Shown here piece by piece: positions 38,934 to 48,444 of a stretch of 64,000 nucleotides of DNA. Both the position numbers and the translations under genes were made by a program. The notes beneath the pieces were generated by a model. It did not search any database. It was not told the DNA's origin and saw nothing but the letters and a program-made list of their open reading frames with translations. Position 1 is the stretch's first letter, and the number at the start of each line of letters is the position of its first letter. Source of the stretch: a virus (taxonomy: Duplodnaviria > Caudoviricetes); the IMG/VR virus record IMGVR_UViG_3300011989_000005, positions 1 to 64,000 of that record. The stretch is one strand, 5' to 3'.

Positions 38934-39356
38934 ATGAGCAAGACAAAGAACCAGGTCATCGACCAGAAAGACTGGACGAAGTACGTCATCAGCCACAATC
39001 TCGACAAGGAGGGCTTCGGAGCCTATATCCCTGGCCTCGGATGCCGCAACGTGACACTGAAAGAACTCTCCGCCTACTACTATTGGCCGGGCGACGTGCG
39101 AGGCTTCTTCTTCGACATGTGCCAGCACGCCCTGCCAGATACCGTTACGTTCAAGCAGAGTCTCGGCAGCGTAAAGATAACCGCAAAGATGACGTTCCAC
39201 GGAGGCCGCGAGTGGATAGACTTCCGCCCCGTGAGCGAGGACTTCGCCAAGCAGGAAGGCAAGGTTGAGATGTGCCACAGCGACTGGATAGACCTGCTGC
39301 GCAGCGACCTGAAGAACGGTACCCGAAAACTCCTGAACGGACAGACAACAGAGTAA
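38934..39356 (+). CDS. hypothetical protein
   Basis: starts MSKTKNQVIDQ. Confidence 0.7.
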   Translation: MSKTKNQVIDQKDWTKYVISHNLDKEGFGAYIPGLGCRNVTLKELSAYYYWPGDVRGFFFDMCQHALPDTVTFKQSLGSVKITAKMTFHGGREWIDFRPVSEDFAKQEGKVEMCHSDWIDLLRSDLKNGTRKLLNGQTTE

Positions 39357-39383
39357 TAACCCCCAACAAAAACAATTCAAGTT

Positions 39384-40100
39384 ATGAGCAAGACAAAGAA
39401 CCAGGTCATCGACCAACAGAACGAGAACAAGAACCAGAGTATCAACCCCCTCCAGCGAGACCAGCGCCGCCTGAGCATCGAGACGCTGACGGCACTCAAC
39501 AGCGCCGCTTTCGATGCCATGAAGGAGATACGGGGAGACCGCACCACGGCAGAGGCAGTCGGCGACAGCGAACTCTACTGCGACCTCATGCAGATATCGC
39601 TGCTCGGCCATAACCGCTGGCCCGACTACGAGCGCAAGAAGCAACAGTACCGCGACATGGATAAGGACGCCCTGCTGAAAGAACTCTACCAGCGCATGCA
39701 GATGTATCACCACTACCAGGAGTGCAAGGGCCGCGAACTGCCCGGCATCCAGTGCCGCATGGAGCAGAACGGCGTGTTCGCCCTTGTGCTCGGAGAGTGC
39801 GCCCTCAATCTGGAGCACACCTTCGAGGACCCCGACGCCGAGCACTATTACCACCAGCGCGAAGGCCGCCTGTTCTGCATCGGTCTGAACATCCCTCTGC
39901 TCGACAGCGAGGACCCAGAAGACCCGCAAAGCCACCTCTACGGCGAGTACGACGAGTTCCTGTCGTTCTGCTGCGAGTTCACCGACGGCGACGACCGCGA
40001 GTGCCGCGACGTCTATCCCAGCGAGTACAGTCACGATGCCGCCATCCGCTCCATCCTCGCCCAGCTCGACCAGATAGGCGAACTGGAAGGCAAGGAGTAA
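39384..40100 (+). CDS. hypothetical acidic protein
   Basis: starts MSKTKNQVIDQ. Confidence 0.75.
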   Translation: MSKTKNQVIDQQNENKNQSINPLQRDQRRLSIETLTALNSAAFDAMKEIRGDRTTAEAVGDSELYCDLMQISLLGHNRWPDYERKKQQYRDMDKDALLKELYQRMQMYHHYQECKGRELPGIQCRMEQNGVFALVLGECALNLEHTFEDPDAEHYYHQREGRLFCIGLNIPLLDSEDPEDPQSHLYGEYDEFLSFCCEFTDGDDRECRDVYPSEYSHDAAIRSILAQLDQIGELEGKE

Positions 40101-40156
40101 GCAACGAGAGAGAAATAACTAACATTTTTAACCCCCTAAAACAAAACGAAACGAAT

Positions 40157-40225
40157 ATGATAGAAAATTGGGTGATGGCATTCTTCGCATGGCTGTGGTT
40201 CATTCAGTGGTGTTATAAGAAGTAA
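40157..40225 (+). CDS. 22-aa hydrophobic peptide
   Basis: MIENWVMAFFAWLWFIQWCYKK with A-rich start context. Confidence 0.4.
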   Translation: MIENWVMAFFAWLWFIQWCYKK

Positions 40226-40528
40226 GAATGCCTATGCACAACTACATCGACCCCGACATGCGGGAACTGATTGACGCACTGAGCAAGTGCATCGTGCCTA
40301 ATCACAAGGCGGTGTGGCGGGTGAACAGCCACGTGCCTTACTACTCACGGGGCCGCTACAAACGGGTGACCTGAAAAATTTTTCCGCGAAAAGTTTGCAG
40401 GGATGGAATAAAGTTCTTATCATGTGCAGCGTCAAATCAAAATCGCGGTACATGATGCCGCCGTCCAAGCGGCTATTTTTGTGCCCACAACTTTAGCGGA
40501 ATATTAACGTCTAATCAAGTAAACGACT

Positions 40529-41071
40529 ATGTTAGTACAAATTTTTGACAAGACCGACGGACAGTTCTCGGCCGTGATTGACCCCGGGTTTTCTACCCTG
40601 GAGGATGTGAAGCAGTGGTATCTCAATACTTACACAGGCTGCATCGAGGATATCGAGTATATCAAGGACGTGCGGAGCGGCAACACCTACCGCTTCGGTG
40701 ACTTGAAACGTGCCAAGGTAGAGCAGTTGAGGGAGTTGATGGCCGACATCTGGGATGCCCGCGAACACTCCCGTAACCTGGGTAGGCTCTACAATAGCAT
40801 GTACGACGACGAGGATGGAAAGCTCGTGGTGGATTTCTGGGTTGACAAGCCGCTCCACGATCTCAACGGATGCCTGGTGGACTGGGGCAGAGTCTATATG
40901 ACCGAGCTTTGCGAAGCTATGATTTACAATCCTGACAATGAGCAGATGCCGCTGGCCTTCAAGTTCCGATACTTCTATGACACGCAGCAGCTCTACGTTC
41001 GCCCTGATCAACTGAAGGACGAGACGCTGCAGGCAATCATCGACTGGATTTACAAGACGATAAACTATTAA
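40529..41071 (+). CDS. hypothetical protein
   Basis: ACGACTATG start. Confidence 0.75.
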   Translation: MLVQIFDKTDGQFSAVIDPGFSTLEDVKQWYLNTYTGCIEDIEYIKDVRSGNTYRFGDLKRAKVEQLRELMADIWDAREHSRNLGRLYNSMYDDEDGKLVVDFWVDKPLHDLNGCLVDWGRVYMTELCEAMIYNPDNEQMPLAFKFRYFYDTQQLYVRPDQLKDETLQAIIDWIYKTINY

Positions 41072-41086
41072 AATAAGTAAACGACC

Positions 41087-41281
41087 ATGGCAAAGACAAT
41101 CAAAATCTGGAACGACAGGAAGAACTGCTCGGAGTACCTGCACAGGCTCCGTCCGACACGATTTATTGACGACAAGACGCTATGCCTGAAGATGGACGAA
41201 GCAGAAGCGAAGCGTGCAAGCGAATGGCTGACCTTCATCGGCATAGCGCATGAGGTAATCGAAGTGGAAGGTAATCATTAG
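41087..41281 (+). CDS. hypothetical protein
   Basis: ORF in packed array. Confidence 0.65.
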   Translation: MAKTIKIWNDRKNCSEYLHRLRPTRFIDDKTLCLKMDEAEAKRASEWLTFIGIAHEVIEVEGNH

Positions 41282-41296
41282 AACATCAAACGGACT

Positions 41297-41527
41297 ATGG
41301 CACAGAAAATCATACAAAACGGACAAACGGTGATGAATGCGCCAGGCGAGGGAAATCCCACCTGCGCCATCATCTTCAACAACCTGACAGGAGTGAGCAT
41401 ACAGGGCAAGAGAGAACAACAGGCATATCTCGCCATGATGTTCCACGATTTTCCCAAGCTCACATACGGGGAAATAGAACTCTGGGAGGACGGAAAGCTA
41501 ATAGACAAAGGAAACATAAATAAGTAA
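41297..41527 (+). CDS. hypothetical protein
   Basis: ORF in packed array. Confidence 0.65.
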   Translation: MAQKIIQNGQTVMNAPGEGNPTCAIIFNNLTGVSIQGKREQQAYLAMMFHDFPKLTYGEIELWEDGKLIDKGNINK

Positions 41528-41532
41528 CGGCT

Positions 41533-41877
41533 ATGGAATCAACAATCAAAGTGAAGGCAACGAGAGGCGAGTGGGAAATCATCGAACGCTTCTTCTGTGT
41601 GAAATACTGCTACGACAGTGTGTATGACGGTGTGAGAAAGAGCGACGGCAAGAGCGTGTTTCTCTACAAGATAGACCTGCGGCACGCCGAGGAAGTAGGA
41701 CGGCTGCACGGAACCTATACCGCCAAAGGACTGGTTAAGAAACTGGCTCCTGAACACCCGTACATCGGAACGGGCTATGTGGATGACGTCATAAACACCC
41801 TTTGCACAATCACGAAACTCTTCGGCAATGACCTTGGCTTAAAGCAACTCTTAATGGAAAAATTAAAGGCAGCATAA
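41533..41877 (+). CDS. hypothetical protein, ends LKAA
   Basis: ORF in packed array. Confidence 0.7.
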   Translation: MESTIKVKATRGEWEIIERFFCVKYCYDSVYDGVRKSDGKSVFLYKIDLRHAEEVGRLHGTYTAKGLVKKLAPEHPYIGTGYVDDVINTLCTITKLFGNDLGLKQLLMEKLKAA

Positions 41878-41879
41878 CT

Positions 41880-41993
41880 ATGGGAAAGTTTGGCTATTGC
41901 GACACCTGCAAGCATGATGGCGAGCGCTGCAGCAAGTGCTATCGTGGCAGCTACTACGAGCACGACTGGGATAAAGAAGAAAGGGTAGGGTAG
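41880..41993 (+). CDS. 37-aa CxxC-CxxC zinc-finger peptide (not in ORF track)
   Basis: MGKFGYCDTCKHDGERCSKCYRG. Confidence 0.55.
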   Translation: MGKFGYCDTCKHDGERCSKCYRGSYYEHDWDKEERVG

Positions 41994-42020
41994 TATGGCC
42001 TGTATTAAGCATCTGAGTCT

Positions 42021-42167
42021 ATGATACCGAACGTATATCCCCTCACCCTCACGGCGCCCGACGGCAGGGAACTGCGCACCCTCGCGTGGTTCCCTGCCGA
42101 GGAGTGCCGCCGAGATTTCTACGCCAAGGCCGCCAAGCACGGCCTGACCGTGACAGAAAACAAATAA
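42021..42167 (+). CDS. 48-aa hypothetical protein (not in ORF track)
   Basis: MIPNVYPLTL...VTENK. Confidence 0.5.
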   Translation: MIPNVYPLTLTAPDGRELRTLAWFPAEECRRDFYAKAAKHGLTVTENK

Positions 42168-42252
42168 ATCTTAATGCGAGCGCAAAGTATCAGGATTTAT
42201 TCGTATCTTTGCAACCGCTACAACGAAACAAAAAAATCAAAACGATACAACT

Positions 42253-42476
42253 ATGGCAACAAGAAAATTATTCGTACTGGCTAATCATGTATGGGACGCA
42301 TCCGACGCGGCACTGTCGCCGTCGATATGGACGACATCACGCCCGAAGCCGTGGTGAAGTTTGCCAACGTGCTCCTGGAGCAGACCCGTGAGAACCTGCG
42401 AGATAACCCGCGCGACAAGCAGGCATACATGGTGGGCTGCATACTGACAAAGATACGCAATGACTATAGCAAGTAA
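42253..42476 (+). pseudogene. small gene split by a 1-nt frameshift
   Basis: promoter plus ACTATG start MATRKLF...WDASD; C-terminal part in another frame from ~42306. Confidence 0.4.
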
Positions 42477-42517
42477 TAATTAAAAAACGAAACGAACGGA
42501 AGTTGGAGGACAGAAAC

Positions 42518-42715
42518 ATGAAAATTGTTGTTGATAAAGAAAAGATTGAAGCAAAGGGATCTGTGAGCATGAGAGCCGATAAAGGGCTTGAACTTGTGTT
42601 CAAGGCTACAGACTGTGAAGTGGACATGGATCTTGGCAGGATTATTGTCCGCTGCAAACGCTTCAGCGTAAAAGAGAGAAAATCTGCAAAGAGGCAGGAT
42701 TATTTTTCAGTTTAA
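42518..42715 (+). CDS. hypothetical protein
   Basis: ORF from MKIVVD. Confidence 0.55.
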   Translation: MKIVVDKEKIEAKGSVSMRADKGLELVFKATDCEVDMDLGRIIVRCKRFSVKERKSAKRQDYFSV

Positions 42716-42728
42716 ATCAAAACGAATT

Positions 42729-42938
42729 ATGGGAAAATTAAGATTCAGAAACGAAAACTGGGAGTGGCAAGAGATGGAAATCCCGCCACACCAAAGAATA
42801 GAGATAACTGACAACGACGGAAACAGGTATGAAATCAAACCAGATAATTTTGGCGGCATAGAAATCCTTGCATCCGACGGATCTATCTCTGTCAACCCCA
42901 GCATGTCGAACCTGATAATTGTGGAGACAAAACGATGA
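42729..42938 (+). CDS. hypothetical protein
   Basis: ORF in packed array. Confidence 0.6.
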   Translation: MGKLRFRNENWEWQEMEIPPHQRIEITDNDGNRYEIKPDNFGGIEILASDGSISVNPSMSNLIIVETKR

Positions 42939-43036
42939 AGAAGCACGCATACATCCTCACCCAGAGCACCTTCGGATTCTCGGTCAACGGCGAGTGGGAC
43001 GGTGAGGATGTGCATGACTTCTAAATGAGGAATGAA

Positions 43037-43078
43037 GAAAGAGACCGCTATCCGTCACGGACTGCGGTCTCTTATTCT
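43037..43078. terminator. bidirectional terminator between convergent blocks
   Basis: AAGAGACCGC...GCGGTCTCTT. Confidence 0.7.
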
Positions 43079-43192
43079 TCAATAACTAAAAACCTAAACC
43101 TATAAAAAAATGCTAACCTTAAAAACAAACTATGGCGTCGCCACGCCGAATGTAAAAATAAATTTATGAACAATATGATTACTTGTTTAAGT
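43075..43192 (-). ncRNA. putative U-rich 3'-UTR RNA with anti-start-codon segments
   Basis: four A-rich+ATG motifs on the opposite strand, one hairpin. Confidence 0.35.
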
Positions 43193-43552
43193 CTATCCCT
43201 GTAAGTCCCCCGGCTGTTCGCCGTCTGTCTGCTCGTCAATGTCGTGCTCCATCTGTATATGCCTTCCCATCTTGCCGCGCAGCAGCTCCTCCGGGTCCAG
43301 CTCCTTGTATCCGCCCGCAACGGTGAGCTTGCACACCATCACGATGCAGATGCTGCCCACGAGGATATGCGTATATACGCCCGGCCACCAGTCGTAGAGC
43401 GAACCGCCAAGGGCGGGCACGGCGAAGTTGACGGTGGTGGCGGTGGCCACGATGCCGACGCAAATCCTCACAAGAGCCCTGAAGAACGGCGGCATCCGCT
43501 TCATCCACCGCTCGCGCAGTTCGTTGCCTGTATGTTTTATAATTTCTCCCAT
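43193..43552 (-). CDS. holin-like membrane protein
   Basis: RW...P.FF.. plus 2 TM helices. Confidence 0.55.
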   Translation of the reverse strand: MGEIIKHTGNELRERWMKRMPPFFRALVRICVGIVATATTVNFAVPALGGSLYDWWPGVYTHILVGSICIVMVCKLTVAGGYKELDPEELLRGKMGRHIQMEHDIDEQTDGEQPGDLQG

Positions 43553-43556
43553 ATCG

Positions 43557-43931
43557 TTAGTTGCGATTAATCTTTATGCCGTAATCCGAGACGGATATCA
43601 GCTTGTTCAGTCCTTTGAGGTCGGATGCCAGCGACGAGATGTTGGCACCCATCGCGCCCATCTCTTTCAGTACTTCCTTCTCCATCGCACCGATACGGTC
43701 GAGGATTGCATCCTGTTTCTTTGAGTGACTGTCGAGTCTGTCTTGCATGCGGCTGATGTCTTTGTAGATGTTCTCCTTCAGCGAGTCGAGTTCCTGCTTC
43801 AGGTCGTCGATCTTGCTTTCCAGTACCGACACGCGCTCCTTCAGGTTGTGTACGTAGCGGGCATAGCCAATGATGACACCAAGGAAAGACGTCAGCAGGA
43901 CGGAGACAAGCGTTATTGTCAGTGTATTCAT
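43557..43931 (-). CDS. N-terminal TM plus coiled-coil protein (lysis-module-like)
   Basis: single TM followed by heptad repeats. Confidence 0.65.
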   Translation of the reverse strand: MNTLTITLVSVLLTSFLGVIIGYARYVHNLKERVSVLESKIDDLKQELDSLKENIYKDISRMQDRLDSHSKKQDAILDRIGAMEKEVLKEMGAMGANISSLASDLKGLNKLISVSDYGIKINRN

Positions 43932-43999
43932 TTCTTTTTTCTCTCAATATACAGGGCGACGCGACCGAATCAAGGGCAGTGTAAGTCTTCAATTCTTGA

Positions 44000-45163
44000 T
44001 CACCCTTCCAGTGCCAGCGTCACGGTGAAGTCGACATGCGGCATCTGCTGCTTCGCCCGGTCGTAGATGATGATGTTCTGTTTCGCCGGCTCCACGATGA
44101 CGGGGACATACGTGCCGTTCGCATCTCCGATGGGGTAGCGCATCCACCACTGCTTCCGCTTGCCGCCCAGAAATTCCATAGCCCACCACTCTGCCCACTC
44201 ACGACTGACGAACCCACTGGACATCTGCCAAGAGCGCCGTCCGTCCTGACCGATGGCCATCAGTGAGCGTGTAGGTGCGAACGAAGGACGCTCAGTGCGG
44301 CTGTACTGCGTCACCTTGACGTTGATGCCCATCGACTCCAGAGTCTGGCCGCTACACGTTTCAACAGCCCCTCGTCGGTTGATGAAAAGGAAATCAACAT
44401 ACGGCACACTGTCTCGCAGCACGAGCGGGGCGTGATGTTCTTGCTGGTCGCCGTCAGGCTGAGCCCCGGCGGGATAATAAAAGCATTGTGTACCGCCCCC
44501 CTGCACATCAACCCATGATGTCGGGCTGATGATGCCCACGCGCTCTGGTGTGCTTGTCGGCTTGTTGCTCGCGTCGCCGTTGCGCCTGTTCTCATGCTCG
44601 TGATACGATACATCGGCATTGGCCGCACCGCCACGCTCCTCTACGGCTTTCATGCGTTCCCACTCCGTCATGCTGCCTATGCAGCACCTTCCGCCAGGAA
44701 TGTCCGTATTCCCATCTTCGTCGGTGTATCTTGTCGTGGTGAATACACCTCCGTCATCGCTCGCAAGGTATTCGGTATATACACGGAGGAAATATTCGCG
44801 ATACAGACGAACGCCTGTTTGGTAACCGTCGCCCGTCGGGGCAAATGCTCCGCTTCCTTCCGATGCCGCGGCGCTCTTTGCTGCCGCTACCTCGTTGTCG
44901 AAGCTAAAATCGCTCCATATTGCCTTGAGTGCTGACGAAATGTCGAACGAAATGTTAGATTGCCCGCCTGTGTCCGCCTTGAACTCGCCTACAATTTTCC
45001 CGTTGTAAATCACCTCCACGCGGACGATGGTAAACGGACTCGTCACGGTGTGCCCCCAGTACAGTCCGCTGATGTCTATCACCACAGGACTGTCCGAGAA
45101 GTATGTATGCACTTGTCCGTTCACCTTGCCGAACATACCGCTGATTGTTACTATATCTTCCAT
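44000..45163 (-). CDS. putative virion tail-associated protein
   Basis: FDISSAL, FLFINRRGAVE, MSSGFV; adjacent to large tail-like gene. Confidence 0.55.
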   Translation of the reverse strand: MEDIVTISGMFGKVNGQVHTYFSDSPVVIDISGLYWGHTVTSPFTIVRVEVIYNGKIVGEFKADTGGQSNISFDISSALKAIWSDFSFDNEVAAAKSAAASEGSGAFAPTGDGYQTGVRLYREYFLRVYTEYLASDDGGVFTTTRYTDEDGNTDIPGGRCCIGSMTEWERMKAVEERGGAANADVSYHEHENRRNGDASNKPTSTPERVGIISPTSWVDVQGGGTQCFYYPAGAQPDGDQQEHHAPLVLRDSVPYVDFLFINRRGAVETCSGQTLESMGINVKVTQYSRTERPSFAPTRSLMAIGQDGRRSWQMSSGFVSREWAEWWAMEFLGGKRKQWWMRYPIGDANGTYVPVIVEPAKQNIIIYDRAKQQMPHVDFTVTLALEG

Positions 45164-45175
45164 AAGCCTGAAAGT

Positions 45176-48100
45176 CTAAATATACATAATCTCCAGTGTG
45201 ACAATCCCCAATCCTGTATCGTTGCTTACTGTGAACTGCATCTTACGGATGAATCCCATTATGTCACCTATCTGCACGCGTTTTGTCTTGTCAAGAACAC
45301 GCAGCTGTGCCAGTTCCATACGTACAGGAAATTTTTTGATTCGGGCATTACGGATCCAATACGAGTATTCCTTGTAAAGCTGGTCGCTTAGTCCACGTCC
45401 TCGCAGGTTAGGATTGCTAATCTGCAGGTAGCGCTGGTTGTTGTCGCTTTCCGGCTGTTTCGGATCAAAATAAGGGTTAGGCTTCTCCGCCCTCAGTTTC
45501 AGCGAGAAACGCCCGAAGCGAGAGCCCACGCCATGGTCAATGATGATGTCACTGTCATAGCCAAGCGCCAGAAGTGAGAGCTGTCGGAGGGTGTCACACC
45601 GTTCCTGACTGCTTCTTGTCTCTACAAGTGTATTCTTGTAATCCATATACCCTGCGGCGTCGAGATTTCTTATCTCAGCCAAAGAGTGACCGCTGAGATA
45701 TTCCATGTATTTAAGGAAGCGTCCGCGATGCCAGCTGTTGTTAGGGGGGAAAGGGGTCATGAACAGCGCCTTGTACTGGTTACCGCTGTCGTCAGTGACG
45801 GTAAACAGGTCAACTCCATTATTCGTTATAGTCTGGAATGAGGCGTTGCTATCCGGGAACTGTTCAGCGAAGATCTCTGCGGCATTCTCACGTCCAGCAC
45901 GCCTGGTACCCACATAGTCCCACTCATTGCCATACGAGTCGCAAGTGTCGGGGTGTGCTGTCGCACTGCTGCCAGGTATTATGTCCCACGTGTCATTTCC
46001 TTCACCGTCATCTGGATCGTAGGTATAATTCACATAAGCATCGTCACCACTGCCGCGCATGATGCCCAGCATCAATCCCCAATCGTGCTTTTCGATAGGC
46101 GATATTCCGTCTTCGTTAGGCTCATAGTTGTCTTGCAGGTAAAGACGGTAGCCCTCGTTGATTGCACCCTCTGCGTCAAAAGTGGCATTGGCGTTGAAAG
46201 TCCACCATCCGCCTTCACCTCCACCGCCACCGTATAAGGATCTGTCGCCAGTGGCAATTGAAACATTCCTCAACGAGGCGTACATGTCAGAGGTGATGGC
46301 GAACTCGCCAGGCTTGACAATTCCGCCAGACTTCATCTGACTGGCAGGGGAGTCGTTCTCGTACAGCCGATTGACATCGTAGAATGCTGTCGGATCATTG
46401 TACGACTTGACGCCTGGCTGTGCCTGGTTCGGAAGATCCCCGAAATCCAGTCTCCGCACGCGCATGGCTTCATTTACAAACAGTGCGAACCTCTGTGTAG
46501 GGTCTCCGGCACGCTCCTGTTCCATATTGAGATCGTTCATGATTGCTGGCGTGAAGCCGGCGTTGATGGTCTTGATAGTTTCTGCCTCTCCCGTACAGTC
46601 GCCGTCCTCGGCATCCATGAAGTCGGCAAAGCCAAAAAGAGAAGGTCGCAGTTCGTTATACCTCTTTGCATTCTTATCTATCTTGATTCCGTATGCGTTG
46701 CCGGTGTTGGGTGTAACGTAGCATGTCTTGTCGAAGGCTGAAATCCTCTTGATGATATCCCCATAGACGGCATTGAGCTTCCATTTAGAGTAGTCGTGCG
46801 TGTCGCTGGTATCCGGCCATAGGGTCTTAATGTGTGGAAGCAAATCGGCAAATCCCTTATAATAGAAGTGGGTGTCGTCCGAATCACCGTAAGTCATCCG
46901 GAAGCCGCGTATATTGTTCTCCACCTTCTCACCATCACCGATAATCTCGCAGTTTATGTTCTGTATATCAGAACCTCTGAAAATGTTGCGGAGAAGCACA
47001 ATACGTACACGCTTGTAGTCGCTGCTGAAAAGGAAGCGTATACCAAAACCGCTCTCTATGGCACTGATGACCTCCGATATGTCCACATTCGGAAAGCAGT
47101 CGCTGGTGGCGTATGCCTGGTGAAAAAAATTGTTTTTCTCTCTATATTTATAGGGATATTTATGGTGTGTCCTGCTGATAACCTCGCGAACTTTCAGGCC
47201 GATGCTTCTTATAGTGATGTTGTCGCTTGTCTTTTTGACCGTCACTTTCAGATTCTCAGCTGTTAATTTGCTATTGTCAATGATTTCTTGCTTCATTGAC
47301 TCGAAATACTCCGGAATGATGTGGTCAAACGAGTGATCACCGGCTCTTTCTGCGACATATTCATATCTTCCGAAGCGTAGGTCGTCACTTCCCGTCTCAG
47401 CTGTCCGTAATTTGCCCGGCTCCTTATAAGCGCAGTTCGTATTGACGAAGAACAGCCGGCGCAGATCCTCCACGTCCATCATCTGATTCTCCTCAATGTC
47501 AATGCCCAGGTGCTTCATCAGGCAGCGCAGCCAGTATATCACATAGAAGTTGGGGGCTGAGTTGACACGGTCGGCAGGCATGTACTCGTAGTCACGTTGT
47601 GCCTCTGGCTCGGCGCTGTAATCTGGCATGACTGCTCCGTTCTCGTCCATCTTCAGGTAGTCGTACTTCTGATAGCATAACGCTATATTGCAGAAAGGGT
47701 GTGCGTCATCGTATGGATAGTCTGTATTTAAGCAGTTCTCGTCCCAGTCGTTACCGCCGTCTCGGTTACGGAATTTTCCTCTCGGGAATACCATGCGTGG
47801 ATATTGCTGGACTGCATTGCCGTCAATCTCTCCGTCACATTCGATCTCAATTATGTCAGTACCATTTAAGGTGAAATCATGTTCAAGAGTAATTGGAACA
47901 CCCTCGTTAGTAAGTGTCAGATAAGCCCTCAATTTCACCTCTACACTGGTCCATCTCTTTCGCCACAATGCCATACCAATCAGCACGTCATCCATCATCG
48001 GAACCTGATTGGCCTTCGCCCCTTCGGTCATGTCCTTGAAAGACTTCTGTCCGCTTTCAAAGGTGACATCCACATTTCCTTCCGAGTCAATCTCTGCCTC

Positions 48101-48388
48101 GTTGCTGAGTCGGAGATATCCGAGATACAGTGGCATGCCTTCCACCCAAAGGCGTGCCTTCCGCTTGTTGATCTGTTCGTGCAGCCGTGATCCGTGCGTC
48201 TCTCCCGCTGTGCCGAAGAGGTGATTGTTGGCCATGACGTTCAGCGTGAAGGGAAAGCTCCATACGTCACCGTCAGCGAATATCTCCGACGTGTCAGTGA
48301 TGGTGATGGTCGTGTTCTCCGGTAGCACGGCATACTGGCTGCCGGTGCTGTCGCCGAGATTGAAGACTTCGAGTGCAAGATGTTCCAT
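45176..48388 (-). CDS. putative tail/baseplate protein
   Basis: 1070 aa; LPENTTITITDTSEIF...WSFPFTL N-term typical of Bacteroidota siphophage tail proteins. Confidence 0.6.
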   Translation of the reverse strand: MEHLALEVFNLGDSTGSQYAVLPENTTITITDTSEIFADGDVWSFPFTLNVMANNHLFGTAGETHGSRLHEQINKRKARLWVEGMPLYLGYLRLSNEAEIDSEGNVDVTFESGQKSFKDMTEGAKANQVPMMDDVLIGMALWRKRWTSVEVKLRAYLTLTNEGVPITLEHDFTLNGTDIIEIECDGEIDGNAVQQYPRMVFPRGKFRNRDGGNDWDENCLNTDYPYDDAHPFCNIALCYQKYDYLKMDENGAVMPDYSAEPEAQRDYEYMPADRVNSAPNFYVIYWLRCLMKHLGIDIEENQMMDVEDLRRLFFVNTNCAYKEPGKLRTAETGSDDLRFGRYEYVAERAGDHSFDHIIPEYFESMKQEIIDNSKLTAENLKVTVKKTSDNITIRSIGLKVREVISRTHHKYPYKYREKNNFFHQAYATSDCFPNVDISEVISAIESGFGIRFLFSSDYKRVRIVLLRNIFRGSDIQNINCEIIGDGEKVENNIRGFRMTYGDSDDTHFYYKGFADLLPHIKTLWPDTSDTHDYSKWKLNAVYGDIIKRISAFDKTCYVTPNTGNAYGIKIDKNAKRYNELRPSLFGFADFMDAEDGDCTGEAETIKTINAGFTPAIMNDLNMEQERAGDPTQRFALFVNEAMRVRRLDFGDLPNQAQPGVKSYNDPTAFYDVNRLYENDSPASQMKSGGIVKPGEFAITSDMYASLRNVSIATGDRSLYGGGGGEGGWWTFNANATFDAEGAINEGYRLYLQDNYEPNEDGISPIEKHDWGLMLGIMRGSGDDAYVNYTYDPDDGEGNDTWDIIPGSSATAHPDTCDSYGNEWDYVGTRRAGRENAAEIFAEQFPDSNASFQTITNNGVDLFTVTDDSGNQYKALFMTPFPPNNSWHRGRFLKYMEYLSGHSLAEIRNLDAAGYMDYKNTLVETRSSQERCDTLRQLSLLALGYDSDIIIDHGVGSRFGRFSLKLRAEKPNPYFDPKQPESDNNQRYLQISNPNLRGRGLSDQLYKEYSYWIRNARIKKFPVRMELAQLRVLDKTKRVQIGDIMGFIRKMQFTVSNDTGLGIVTLEIMYI

Positions 48389-48444
48389 AATAATTTATCG
48401 CCTTTTGTCCGTTATGCGGATATTACACCATAACTGAATAGAAA

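Noticed and set aside
37848-40034. 728-aa - strand ORF (also 32268..34079, 34230..35549, 19776..20864)
   Set aside because: Antisense shadows of GC3-rich + strand genes; no motifs or start context.
40374-40500. Antirepressor-type leader/promoter remnant
   Set aside because: The -7 box is degenerate (TATCATGTG) and no antirepressor ORF follows.
11800-43000. Conjugative-element leading region
   Set aside because: No relaxase, oriT or T4SS in the window and flanks are phage-like; cannot be fully excluded without the rest of the contig.
45176-48388. Diversity-generating retroelement target
   Set aside because: No reverse transcriptase and no adenine-variant TR/VR pair noticed.
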